In this document: piece after piece, positions 14,378 through 27,682 of the stretch
How positions within the stretch are numbered: the first letter of the stretch is position 1
Layout: every line of letters starts with the position of its first letter
Assembly: GCF_006345805.1 (NCBI RefSeq)
Contig: NC_042998.1
Span: forward strand, 159,092,001 to 159,156,000
Length of the DNA stretch: 64,000 nt
From: Octopus sinensis
Lineage: Eukaryota
Reading direction: 5' to 3'
Notes under the pieces: generated by a model
Seen by the model: only the letters and a program-made list of their open reading frames with translations
The model's database searches: none
What the model was told of the DNA's origin: nothing
Translations under genes and position numbers: made by a program

Positions 14378-15450
14378 CACATACATTCATCCTTGTGAAC
14401 ATATATATATGTATAAAAAAAAAAATTTTTTTTAGATTTACAATATGATACAGTGGAACATTTAATATATGTGTGTATGTGTATATATATAGGTGTGTGT
14501 ATGTATATATTACCTGTTACATACATTATATTGTTTTTGCAATTTACTTGATCTTTACTTGCCAATTGTCATTCTAACTTTAACCTTCCTATGATATGCA
14601 ATTTTCAAGATGGTGTAACTTGATTGTTCATTTTGATTCGTTAGAAGGTGGATTTTTCCCTAATATTTCATGTGTAAGCATGTATATATATATATATAGT
14701 GACATTGAAGGACGCATCTTTCGATTTACAATCTAATATAGTAGAACATTTAGTATATGTCTGTGTGTGTATATGTATATATATATATATATATATCTGT
14801 GTGTGTATAGATATGTGTATTGCCTGTTATATACATCATATTATATTATTATCTTTATAATTCACTTCCATCTTTACCTTTTAATTGTCACTTTAATTTT
14901 AGCTTTCCTATGATATACAATTTTCAAGATGGTATAATTTGGTTGTTCATTTTGAACCGATAAAAAGGTTTGTTTCAAATATTTTATGTATAAGTCTGTG
15001 TGTATATATATGTATTGGTATAAATATCAACACACAAAAATATTTTTTTCTTCTCCACTTCCTCCCTTATTTTTATTTTTATTTATTTTTTATATTTTTT
15101 ATTTTTTATATTTTTTTATATTATTTTTTATTTTTATATTTTTATTTTTTTATTTTTATTTTTATTTTTATTTTCCCTTTTCTCTTTTTGTCTCTCTCCC
15201 CTTCTTCAAACACACAGACACACACACACACACACACACGCACACAAACACACACGGACACACAGAGACACACACACACACACCTCCACAAAATGATCAT
15301 AGAAAGTGTGACCCCAAATGACATTTGTCAGGCCAACCTACGCACAACACACACTCAGTGACATCAAAATGGACAGTGCCAAAGTTCTTATAAAACCACA
15401 GGAGGTCCAGTAGACCAACGAAAATAACACTTCTTCCCTCTCAGATATAA

Positions 15451-15503
<53 letters not shown>

Positions 15504-15751
15504 TACACATGCACACATGTTTTCTCTGTTTCACTTCCTCCTCACCCTCTTGTACTGTCTTGTACTACTACGAAACTATAAAATGTTCAAACTCCCCACA
15601 ATTGATTTGATTTGAAGAGCCCACTAGATTGGAAGAAAGCGCTAATCCGAATGATATGATCTGATTGATATGATATATATGTAAAAAATGTAATATATAA
15701 ATAAATATCTACAAATATGAACCTTCTGATCTGATTACCTCATTTTTTCTA

Positions 15752-15800
<49 letters not shown>

Positions 15801-15801
15801 C

Positions 15802-15852
<51 letters not shown>

Positions 15853-16261
15853 ATATAAACAATATATATTCATATATAGTATATACACATACACACGTAT
15901 ACATTCATTATATATATATACATTATATCGAACACACAAACACAAGGTATGTGTTTTGTTAGTTCGTAGGCAGGCTGCGCTTATAGGCGTAAGATAATGT
16001 GTTCTTATCAACGTGCCTGGTATTAAAACACCTGGAAGTCATAGACAAGCGAGATAACTCACACCAGGTCTCATTCAGGGGCGATGGAGATTAATGTTTT
16101 GTCCTTATTGTGACTTATCAACACCGCGTAACCGTATGAGGCTCGATGCAAACTACAGTTCAGCCAAGGAGACTGAGAGAAATACCTGATTTTAAGTACT
16201 GGGATCGATTTGTTCGATGTTCAATTAACAACGCTGTACTTTTGTCTGACCTAAGCCCATA

Positions 16262-16348
16262 TTATATAATATTTTACTATAAAATTGGATTTAACCCTAA
16301 ATCTGATTTTTCCCTGTAATTTTGGATTCATTCCCTAATATTTATTAT
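16262..16348 (+). repeat. Tail portion of the (TA)n-associated hairpin repeat family
   Basis: ttttactataaaattggatttaa...ttccctaatatt shared with ~25770-25845 and ~52385-52460. Confidence 0.8.
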
Positions 16349-16742
16349 TATATATATATATATATATATATGATCACATATATTCAGCGATATCATATTG
16401 CAGAATGTATCACCTTGAAAAATGCTGACTAAGTGGCCTTCTAAGTGATGGTAAAGCCAATCCGGTGAAAAATACTGACCAATCGAAATCTAAATATCTA
16501 GATGTTTTAAATTTGTTTTTAATTCTCTTCACACCAGCTACGAACATCTCTTTAACAGCATTGTAAATTTAGTTACTGTTATTAAATATTCATGCATACA
16601 TGCATACATACATACATACATACATACATACATACATACATACATACATACATACATGCATACATGCATACATACATACATGCATACATGCATACATACA
16701 TACATACATACATACATACATACATACATACATACATACATA

Positions 16743-16846
16743 CCCTGTTGCTGATGTTGAAATTCCAATGAAGGAGACTTGAATCTAGATTTGATACCGG
16801 CTCTTTCTCTATAAGCAAAAATTCTTGAAATAAAACTGAACAATGG
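16743..16846 (+). mobile_element. ~100-bp 3'UTR remnant of the (CATA)n-embedded RLE family
   Basis: Flanked on both sides by (CATA)n; aligns with 19311-19409 and with 49165-49238, which follows an RLE ORF end. Confidence 0.8.
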
Positions 16847-17365
16847 CATACATACATACATGAGTGTGTATGTGTGTGTGTGTGTATTCAAATATAATAA
16901 AGACTGTAGGACTCTAAGATAATATAAGACGTGAGTAATGCAATGCAAGATGTACAATTGGACTGGAAAGTTTAAGGACAGAGCAAAAGGTGAAAAAAAA
17001 CGAACCCAATGCAGCACATACCGAACGGGAGAGTCCAGGAGAAGCATAACTGAACAAGTCAGCGGTCAAGCGAAAAGAAGTCGTGAAAGGAATGGTCACA
17101 TGTTCGTGGGCGGCGGGGAAAGGGAGAGAAAAAGTGGTGGTGAGCAGAAGAACAGGAAAGAGAAAAGAGAAAAAGAAAGAGACGTTTCACAAAAAATTCC
17201 TGCTAAATAGAGCTACAAAGATACGTGCGTGGTTTTACGTTAAATAAGATTCGAAATTTTTCTGTTTAATTTTTGAAACTTCTGCATCCTGTTTTCCATT
17301 TTTTTCTGTCGTTGTTTACGTATTTCATGTTGTTTGCACAGTTGGTGACGTCCTGTACCCATATA

Positions 17366-17416
<51 letters not shown>

Positions 17417-17689
17417 ATTATTATTATTATTATTATTTAATTGAACGCCACACATCCATTTCCAAGTAAGTTTATCTTCACCTTTTTGATGCGACTCTAC
17501 TCTATATCGTTTTCTTCCTCCATCCTTCTCTAATCACCCTTTTCTCCCCTCCCTCTTTCGCCATCTTCTATCTGTCTCTCTCTCTCTCTTTCTCTCCCCT
17601 CTTTCTTATTTCTTTCTCTTTAGTTGCTCACACGTGGCCATCGTCCATCTTTCTTTTCCTCACATGACCATCTTTTTTCCTGAACGGAC

Positions 17690-18420
17690 GTACTTTTTCT
17701 CTTTCTTCTATCTTATCTCTTTTCAAAGTTCACTATTTTCCGTTCGTTCTGGTCTAACGACCCTCCATGTTTGTTTTCGTCCGGTTTCCTTGTATGTCTC
17801 CACTGTCCTGTTTTTGTTCCCAACTTCGACCCTCCATAAATCCTAAACTGTCTTTGAAGTCTCATATTGTCGTTGAATGCTCGAAATGAGGAGTAGATAG
17901 AAAGCCGACAAGTGATGAAGGGCCTTTCTCGGTGTTTATTTTCCTGTTTTCCATTTTTTCCCTCGTTGTTTACGTATTTCATGTTGTTTGCATACAATTC
18001 ATAAGTATTTGCATGTCATCCACTGTATGGGTGATTAAGTCACAGTCATCTGCATAAAGGAGGTCACGAATAAGAGACTGGAAAACTTTGGAATTGACAG
18101 AAAATCGACGCAGATTAAAGAGGCGGTCAGAAGATCGATACCTGACGTTTATTCCCAGAGAGCTAAGTTTGCCAAATATTTTCCATAGCAACGCCCTGTT
18201 CACAGTATCATAGGCTATGGTTAAATCAACGAATAACTGGACAAGATCCATATTTTGCTCATATCACTTCTCTTGCATCTGACTTGCTGTGAAAATCGTA
18301 TCCATTGTCACTCTACCAGACCGGAAACCACATTGAGATTCAGATAGCATATCATTTACGAGACACCCATTCAGACGAGTAAGAAGAATAATAGTTTATG
18401 GGCCTAAGAGCTCTGCATCA
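17690..18420 (-). mobile_element. Decayed, internally deleted RTE-clade LINE fragment
   Basis: ORF 17979-18251: FVDLTIAYDTVNR.LLWK, INVRYRS..LFNLRRF, IRDLLYADDC (RTE/BovB-type RT). Confidence 0.88.
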
Positions 18421-18756
18421 GCTACTTTGCTTTCCAAGGGGTCTTCTACTCTGTTTACTAAACCAACACACCCCAGATCGCTGGACTGAACAGTTCTTTG
18501 AACCATGAGTCAGTTGTGGATGAAACAGTGAATGATACTACGCAACAAAGACCTATCATTGGCTCCCTAAATATATACATACATACATACGTACGTACAT
18601 ACATACATGCATGCATACATACATACATACATACATACATATGTACGTGCGTACATACATACGTACGTAAATACATACGTACGTACGTACTAACATACAT
18701 ACATATACATACATACATACATACATACATACATACATACACATACATACATACAT

Positions 18757-18870
18757 GAACCGTAAAAATATGTAAAACTTTCCAGAAGTTTATCATTTAA
18801 GTATATATGAGCATGTCTAGATATGTAACTATATGCATGAGAATGCAAACATAAAACATACAGATCTGCA
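18757..18870 (+). mobile_element. Extreme 3' fragment of a (CATA)n-embedded RLE subfamily with a different 3'UTR
   Basis: accgtaaaaatatgtaaaactttccagaagtttatcatttaa = TVKICKTFQKFII*, matching the ORF ends at ~30410-30452 (TVKICKSILKFQI*) and ~49110-49145; CATA on both sides. Confidence 0.75.
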
Positions 18871-18884
18871 CATACATACATCGT

Positions 18885-19236
18885 GGTGGCACTCCGTCGG
18901 TCACGACGACGAAGGTTCCGATCAAAGGAACAGCCTGCTCGTGAATTTAACGTGCAATTGGCTGAGCACTCCACAGACACGTGTACTCTTAACGTACTTC
19001 TCGGGGAGATTCAGCGTGACACAGTGTGTGACAAGGCTGGTCCTTTGAAATACAGGGACAACAGAAACAGGAAGAAAGAGTGAGAGAAAGTTGTGCTGAA
19101 AGAGTATAGTATGATTCACCCCCTCTACCGGAGCCTCATGGAGCTTTAGAATAAATACTCGCAACGTCCGGTCTGGGAATTGAGGAATCGAAACCGCGAG
19201 TTCACTTCCCTAACCACTGGGCCATTGCGCCTCCAC
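18885..19236 (-). mobile_element. tRNA-derived SINE (family 2), near full length
   Basis: Minus strand begins gtggaggcgcaatggcccagtggttaggg (A box) followed by ggtttcgattcc (B box) and a long body. Confidence 0.8.
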
Positions 19237-19302
19237 GCATACATACATACATACATACATACATACATACATACATACATACATACATACATACATACAT
19301 AC

Positions 19303-19409
19303 AAAAATAACTTGCTGTTGATGTTGAAATTCCGATGAAGGAACCTTGGATCTAGGTTAGAAACCGGTTCTTCCTCTATTGGCAAGAAATCTTGAAATAA
19401 ACTGAATGC
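19303..19409 (+). mobile_element. ~100-bp 3'UTR remnant of the (CATA)n-embedded RLE family
   Basis: Flanked by (CATA)n and catacatgcat; homologous to 16743-16846. Confidence 0.82.
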
Positions 19410-19565
19410 CATACATGCATATATACATATATATGTATGCACACATATATATGTTAGGAATCCTTTCATTTGTATATATTTATAAATATGATATTTATAT
19501 GCATGTATGCTTCTAAACATGTGTGTACGTGCGTATATATATGCATATATATATATATATATATT

Positions 19566-20960
<1,395 letters not shown>

Positions 20961-21107
20961 TTTAAAAATTTCTTTATAAAAATATATTAAACTATGTGAA
21001 ACAAAGGCATTTCTCTTCCACTTTTTATATATGTTTTCCACATATTTTCAACTCATAATTTTGCTACGTGATGTATACTGAATCTGCAGTATTTTTGCTC
21101 CTTTTAT

Positions 21108-21168
<61 letters not shown>

Positions 21169-21339
21169 TTATATGTATGCATATGTATGTGTGTATGTAA
21201 GTATGTATATATGTATATATGTATGTATGTGTGTGTGTGTGAGTGTAATGTAATGTGAATGTGTATGCGTGAGTATGTGTGTGAGGAAGAGAAAGAGAAA
21301 GAGGGGACCAATTGCGAGAATTTATGTCTTGAATACAAC

Positions 21340-21760
21340 CTTAAACGTGGTTATTACTTGGCTCTTTTTTGCAACTAGCATACACGCAACTATTTCTCAG
21401 TTTCAGGTTGCACATCCATTAGATAGTATTCAACATATTCCGCCCCAGGAACTGTAGAACTTTTGCTTTCATGCTTTATATCTTACAGTCAAGCAGTATC
21501 GCATTTATATAATACATGGTTTATATAACCTACTTTTATACTCAGACAAAATTCTTCCGTCAATGTAATGATAGTCAAAATTTTTCACCAGTTGCTTTGC
21601 ATTCACAACAATAGATTACCTATAACTGGCTACACTTTAAGTACCCATTGCATTACCCAGGTAACTGAACATATCTTCTATTTCCTGTGAATTGTCATGG
21701 TAGACCAAGAATCCCTTAGTTTCTGGCTGTTTATGTTTCCAATGATTTCGGTGCATTTAG
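21340..21760 (-). mobile_element. Heavily decayed RTE-like LINE C-terminal fragment
   Basis: Minus-strand remnants EDMFSYLG, KSRLYKPC and WMCN resemble the RTE thumb region. Confidence 0.45.
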
Positions 21761-22465
21761 TGCTCTTCAATATTATCGATCTGCTATCGATCAATAAAAG
21801 CAGATGTATGTTTCAATATGTATGCCGCAATGTTTATGTGCACACGCACGTGTGATGCACACACTAAAAACAAAATAGCGTGTTCAGATGTGAATATCGT
21901 TAAGAGGGAGATTAAATCAGAGATTCAGATTTGTAGACGCAGGAATAGAGAAAAGAAAAAAAAAAGAAAATTAATCTTTTTCATACATGTAAGGACATAT
22001 ATGCAAATGCTTCGTAACAACTATATTTTTTAGACATGAATTCTCTAACCAACACCCATCCCACTTCCCCGTTTTAGCTCGAGTTAAAAATTGCATTACA
22101 AGACTGTTAGAATAGTTCTGTTACTTAACAAGAGAAAAAAAGACATCAATACTCTATCACACGCTTGCAAAAAAATATGCTATATCCACACTAATAGGCT
22201 TAGTGATCACGTAATTTGACAAATTGTACACCTGGTCAAATATGTGTGTGTGTTGTATGTATATATAAATGTGTGCGTGTATAAAATTAATATAAACAGC
22301 TAGATGCAATATAGTACCGTAAAGGAAAAATGTAGTCCTCACTAAATGCGACTGAGTGTGCCGAAGCACCTACGTTGCTAGAAATAAGAGTTGGCAACTC
22401 TTAATTCTGTAAGAGCGCAACATATATACACTGACATATATATAATGACCGTCTCTAGAATCACT

Positions 22466-22510
22466 AGACAAGACTAGTTTCGCCTATTTTGTAGGCATCA
22501 TCAGTAATGA
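22466..22510 (-). ncRNA. Minimal type-I hammerhead ribozyme (Penelope-type), catalytic core intact
   Basis: Minus strand: ucauua-CUGAUGA-U-GCCUA-caaaa-UAGGC-GAAA-CUAG-UC-uugu; perfect 5-bp stem II, palindromic ACUAGU in place of stem III, GUC triplet; stem I weak. Confidence 0.7.
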
Positions 22511-22567
22511 CAGAACACTCATACATCATATTCGGCAGAAGGGTCCATAATGAATAAATAAATAAAT

Positions 22568-22662
<95 letters not shown>

Positions 22663-22666
<4 letters not shown>

Positions 22667-23631
22667 TAAGCAATAAAGGGTTTAGCAACGAATTGCCTTA
22701 CCACATACCGAAGTTAGAAATAGCAGTCAAAGAGTTATAGCTATTTCTTCTACTAAAAAGGAGATCTCAGTAAAAACAGCAATTGGAAGGCAGACACAAA
22801 CAGGTAAGAGAGAATGAATTGACGGCAATCTATCATACAATTTTAAGTTATCTACGGACGTACGTTTCGAAATCAAGTTTTTAGGAAAGCATAAGAATTA
22901 AATATTAAATATTAAATAATTCTATCTCACCAAAACTTCTTTTCTCTTCAGCGTAGAATACTATAATCATAAATGATTATATATTGAATTTTGAGATACT
23001 AGAAGGCACCAACTCAACTCAGTATCAGAGCGAGCTAGAATCCGCAACTAGTATCACCAAATTCAATGTGTGAATGAAAAGATTGTGTCACCAGCCCCTT
23101 CCCACCCGCGTGTAGCCAAAACAAGATGCTGTGGTCATCTACTGAGATAAAATATGGTTATCCGTAATAATGAGGGTGAAATTAATTAATTTGGAATAAT
23201 TATCAATTACACCAAGTAGTCTTCGGCATGTAAAAGCCTCATTCGAGGAAAATTTAAGTAATACTAAGCAATAAAGGGTTTAGCAACGAATTGCCTTACC
23301 ACATACCGAATTTAGAAATAGCAGTCAAAGAGTTATAGCTATTTCTTCTACTAAAAAGGGAGATCTCAGTAAAAACAGCAATTGGAAGGCAGACACAAAC
23401 AGGTAAGAGAGAATGAATTGACGGCAATCTATCATACAATTTTAAGTTATCTACGGACGTACGTTTCGAAATCAAGTTTTTAGGAAAGCATAAGAATTAA
23501 ATATTAAATATTAAATATTCTATCTCACCAAAACTTCTTTTCTCTTCAGCGTAGAATACTATAATCATAAATGATTATATATTGAATTTTGAGATACTAG
23601 AAGGCACCAACTCAACTCAGTATCAGAGCGA
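22663..23631. repeat. Near-identical ~370-bp direct repeats (22663-23033 and 23261-23631; period 598 bp) between (TA)n tracts; Penelope pLTR-like
   Basis: About three differences by eye; each copy carries GAAA-CGTACG-TC on the minus strand. Confidence 0.9.
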
Positions 23632-23644
23632 TATATATATATAT

Positions 23645-23675
<31 letters not shown>

Positions 23676-23869
23676 GTAGTATGTATGTATGTATGTATGT
23701 ATGTATGTATGTATGTATGTATGTATGTATGTATGTATGTATGCATGCATGTATGTATGTATGTATATGAAGGACTCTCCCGTCGAAAACTGTGCATGAG
23801 TGTTCAGTTTTTGCCAAACAACCTGCACGAATGATTTGTTTATAGTGATCAAATGTATATGCAGTAGAT

Positions 23870-24030
23870 TATCTCACTCCCTCCATCAAATCTACTTTGC
23901 CTGATCAGGTGCTCGGAATACAGCACGTCGTAGTGATCGCAGAGTAACGCAAGATGAAGTACTTTGCTCTACGAAATTGAAACCACGAACTCGCAATTGT
24001 GAGTGCAACATCCTAACTACTAGGATATGC
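23870..24030 (-). mobile_element. Decayed tRNA-derived SINE head
   Basis: Minus strand cctagtagttaggatgttgcactcac...ggtttcaatttc; similar to 53358-53465. Confidence 0.55.
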
Positions 24031-24271
24031 ACTGTCGCAAGTATATATATAATGAATATTTTGTACTAATAAGTGTAAATCGATTAGTGTGTTTAAACAG
24101 AGAAAAAAGAAAGAAACTAACGTCAGGACGTGCACAAGAAATAGATTAATTAGACGCTCGGTGAAGGGAAAGTGTTGTTGTTAACATTTTGAGCATAGCT
24201 CTTCGTCGGAAGCAGGAATTTCCAAAGAAAACACAAACACACGCCCTCCCCCTCTCTCTCTCTCTCTCTCT

Positions 24272-24314
<43 letters not shown>

Positions 24315-25360
24315 ACATACACACGTACAAGTACTCATGCACATACACGCTCGCGCGTGCTCTTACCTTGGCGTGTAGTATGTGTTTCGAATCACGTTTA
24401 GAACTTGTGCACAAATGTTCTTTCTTTACAGATGGTGCGGAAAGGGTTTATCTCAACACTCAGAATGTTTCTATATGTTTCAATATATATATTACATTGA
24501 ACAAATACATAGGTTTGAATGTTGTTGTTCTTGTTCTTGTTTAGCAGATCATTAAACAAACCAATGGCCCAAAGCATTGAAACTGCGACAATCTGGATTT
24601 TTTATGGTTTGCTCATTAGAACAATTTTATTCAAAGTATTCCGTTCTTTTTCTGTTTTTCTTTTAGTTTTTCCTTTGAAAACAATAGAATAAAATGAGGG
24701 AGATTTGGCTACTATTTGTACCTGATTCAGCTACTGAGTACTGGTTTTCTCCCCATCCCCGTGACCCGCATGACATTTCCTTACAGCGGCTATTGACGTT
24801 GACGGGTGTAGGTCTGCTTGCGCATGGGTGATGAAATTAGTAAATTAACAAGTACTGTCTATTTAGACAAGCTGTCTCACTTTCTACTCTATCAAACAAT
24901 TTATCACCTGCTGCTGTTTCTTGTTCAAACTAATATAAGTGATTTATCTGACAACTTTTACTTTTATAGAATGTGGTGCTCCCCACTTCTCTCTCTTTTT
25001 CTCTCTCCTCTGCTCTTTTAACCCCCCTCTCACTGTTACTGACACTGGCTGCTTTAACAATCTATGGAAGAATGAAAAATACAATATTGTGTCAGCTGTA
25101 ATATAGATTATTGAATCCATCTTCACTAAACTAATGTTAGATTTACTAAGTCCAGAGGGATAAACAGCAACCTCAGTCCCAGAACAATTTGATTTTCGAA
25201 TGTAAAACAGAATGAAATTTAAATACTAATAATCAAAGAGTAGAATTCTGTTCAAAGCTTCTACCATTTCTGCTAGTTTCAATTAGATAAGGATCGCACC
25301 CTCGAGTCAGCCTTGTATGTGAAATGTGGCTGATGAAAATGTCAACAAATATGTATAAAT

Positions 25361-25420
<60 letters not shown>

Positions 25421-25493
25421 ATTTATATTTACATATATATATATATATATAATATATATATAATATATATGTGTGTGTGTGTATTTATATTAC

Positions 25494-25526
<33 letters not shown>

Positions 25527-25535
25527 TATATTATA

Positions 25536-25850
25536 TTAAATTAGAGACAACACCACTATTAGGCAAATCATACAATGAAAAACTTAAGCCAATACATAAG
25601 ATTATTTAATTTATATTATTTAAATATATAACAAAATTATTAAAAAAATATAATTAATTTTGTTATATATTTAAATAATATAAATTAAATAATCTTATGT
25701 ATTGGCTTAAGTTTTTCATTGTATGATTTGCCTAATAGTGGTTTTGTCTCTAATTTAATTTAATATAATATTTTACTATAAAATTGGATTCAATCCTAAA
25801 TCTGATTTTTCCCTGTAAGTTTGGATTTATTCCCTAATATTTATTATTAT
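25536..25850 (+). repeat. Hairpin repeat element: ~104-bp inverted arms (25536-25758, 14-nt spacer) plus unique tail, between (TA)n tracts
   Basis: Arms read directly; family members at 52281-52460 and 16262-16348. Confidence 0.9.
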
Positions 25851-25940
25851 ATATATATATATTTATATAATGTGTGTGTGCGCGTGTGTGTGTGTGTGCA
25901 TGTGTGTATTATATACATACACAAATATGTATATATACAT

Positions 25941-26283
25941 AGGTGCAGGTGTGGCATTGTGGTAAGAAGCTTGCTTCCTAACCACATGGTTCTGGGTTCA
26001 GTCTCACTTTTACAATAGATTCAGGCCGACCAAAGAATTCTAAGTGGATTTGATAGACGGAACCTGAAAGAAGCCTGTCGTATTTATATATGTGTGGAGG
26101 TGCCTTTGTATTTGTGTTCGTCCCATATCACTGCTTGACAACCAGTATTGATGCGTTTACGCTCCTGTAACTTAGCGGTTCGGTAAAACAGACCGATGGA
26201 ATAAGTACCAGGCTTTAAAAAAGATACTGGAGTCGATTCATTCGACTAAAAGTTCTTCAAGGTGATGCCCCAGTGGCCGCAGT
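25941..26283 (+). mobile_element. tRNA-derived SINE (family 1)
   Basis: ggtgcaggtgtggcattgtggtaagaagcttgc...gggttcagtc head, TG spacer, gtaacttagcggttcgg...gataagtacc-type tail. Confidence 0.85.
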
Positions 26284-26534
26284 GTGTGTGTATGTGTGTG
26301 TGTATGCGTGCGCGCATGTGCGTGTATTTTATGTGTGTGTCTGCGTTTTCATTTCTCCGTCCACCACAACATGTCAACCGGTGTTGGTTTGGTTACATCT
26401 AAGTAATTTAACGATTCGGCAAAAGAGATTGATAGAATAAGTGGAAGAGTTAAATAAAGTATGTACTGCAGTGCAATTCGTTCGACTTAAAACTCTTCTA
26501 GGTGGTACCCTAGCATAGCCGTAGGCCAATCACC

Positions 26535-27142
26535 TGAACAGGAAGACTCATCGGCCAGGACATATTCAGCAAGCGCCAAAACAGGCACTTAAGGTATTTT
26601 GTTGGTGGGTACTTAAGGTATTTTAAGGCTGAAGGCCCAGAACAGCTTATTAATGTCGAGGGAATGATGATTAGCGATAAATACAAGGTGATCCGACAGA
26701 CTCACTTGCTTCCCGTGATGAAAAGGAATTTTCCTAATGGAGACAGCATTCTCCAGCAGGATCTCGCTGTGTGTCATACTTTCAGAAAAATGTGAACATT
26801 CTTAAGAAAAAGTAAAACAAGCGTCTTCGATTGGCCTGGAAATTTTTCTGGCATCAACACCAGTGAAAATCTACGGGCTATAATCAAACGCAGAATCGAA
26901 AGAGACGCCTGTTCAACAATACAGTTATTAAAGCTTGGTACCATGACAAAGAACTGAAAAAATTATCCAACATTGGTGAATTCTATGCCAAACCGTGTGA
27001 AAACGCTTATACATGCAAAGGGTGATCATATTTCATATTAAATATATCATCGTGCATATAATTACCATTTGTTTTCAGAATAAATATCAGTTTGATAAAT
27101 AATTCTATTATTTCATCACTATCCGGATTAATTTACACTGTA
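26535..27142 (+). mobile_element. 3' fragment of a Tc1-like transposon
   Basis: QQDLAVCHT and DWPGN...ENL remnants; ends tacactgta. Confidence 0.75.
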
Positions 27143-27682
27143 TTGTGTGTATACACACACATACACACACAGTCACTCACATACACACAGTCGCACACAC
27201 AATACCCACACACACACATATACACTAAGATTTATTTAGATTAAAATACCTAATAGTATACAAATATATTTTATGACCGTTATATTAATTTATTTTTTAT
27301 TTTTACCGTTGTTTTTTATTTTAATTATTGACGCTCACGCTTGTAAACAAGTATATTTAAATTCAGTTTTTCTTGGATCTGTGAATCCGCAAATATAAAA
27401 AGATTACACTGAGAAGACTCTTACCCTCAGACAATGGACTTCTATGATTTTATTATGGGCAAGAAGCGAAACATTTGAATGTAATTTATATCTAATATTT
27501 ATTATTTATTATACTATGTTATATTATGCAAATAGATTATAAATTTTAATTCTTGAATTGGTAATTGTTATATATCTCTCCATTTTCTATTCACTTTACA
27601 TACATACATGCATGCATGCATGCATACATACATGCATACATACATACATACATACATACATACATACATACATACATACATA

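Noticed and set aside
19332-19372. Hammerhead-like string CCGAUGAAG...AGAAACCGGUU
   Set aside because: Core lacks CUGA in all three copies (ccaat, ccgat, ctaac) and there is no stem I; better explained by the 3'UTR stem
22663-23631. LTR retrotransposon interpretation of the direct repeats
   Set aside because: No TG...CA termini, PBS, polypurine tract or target duplication seen
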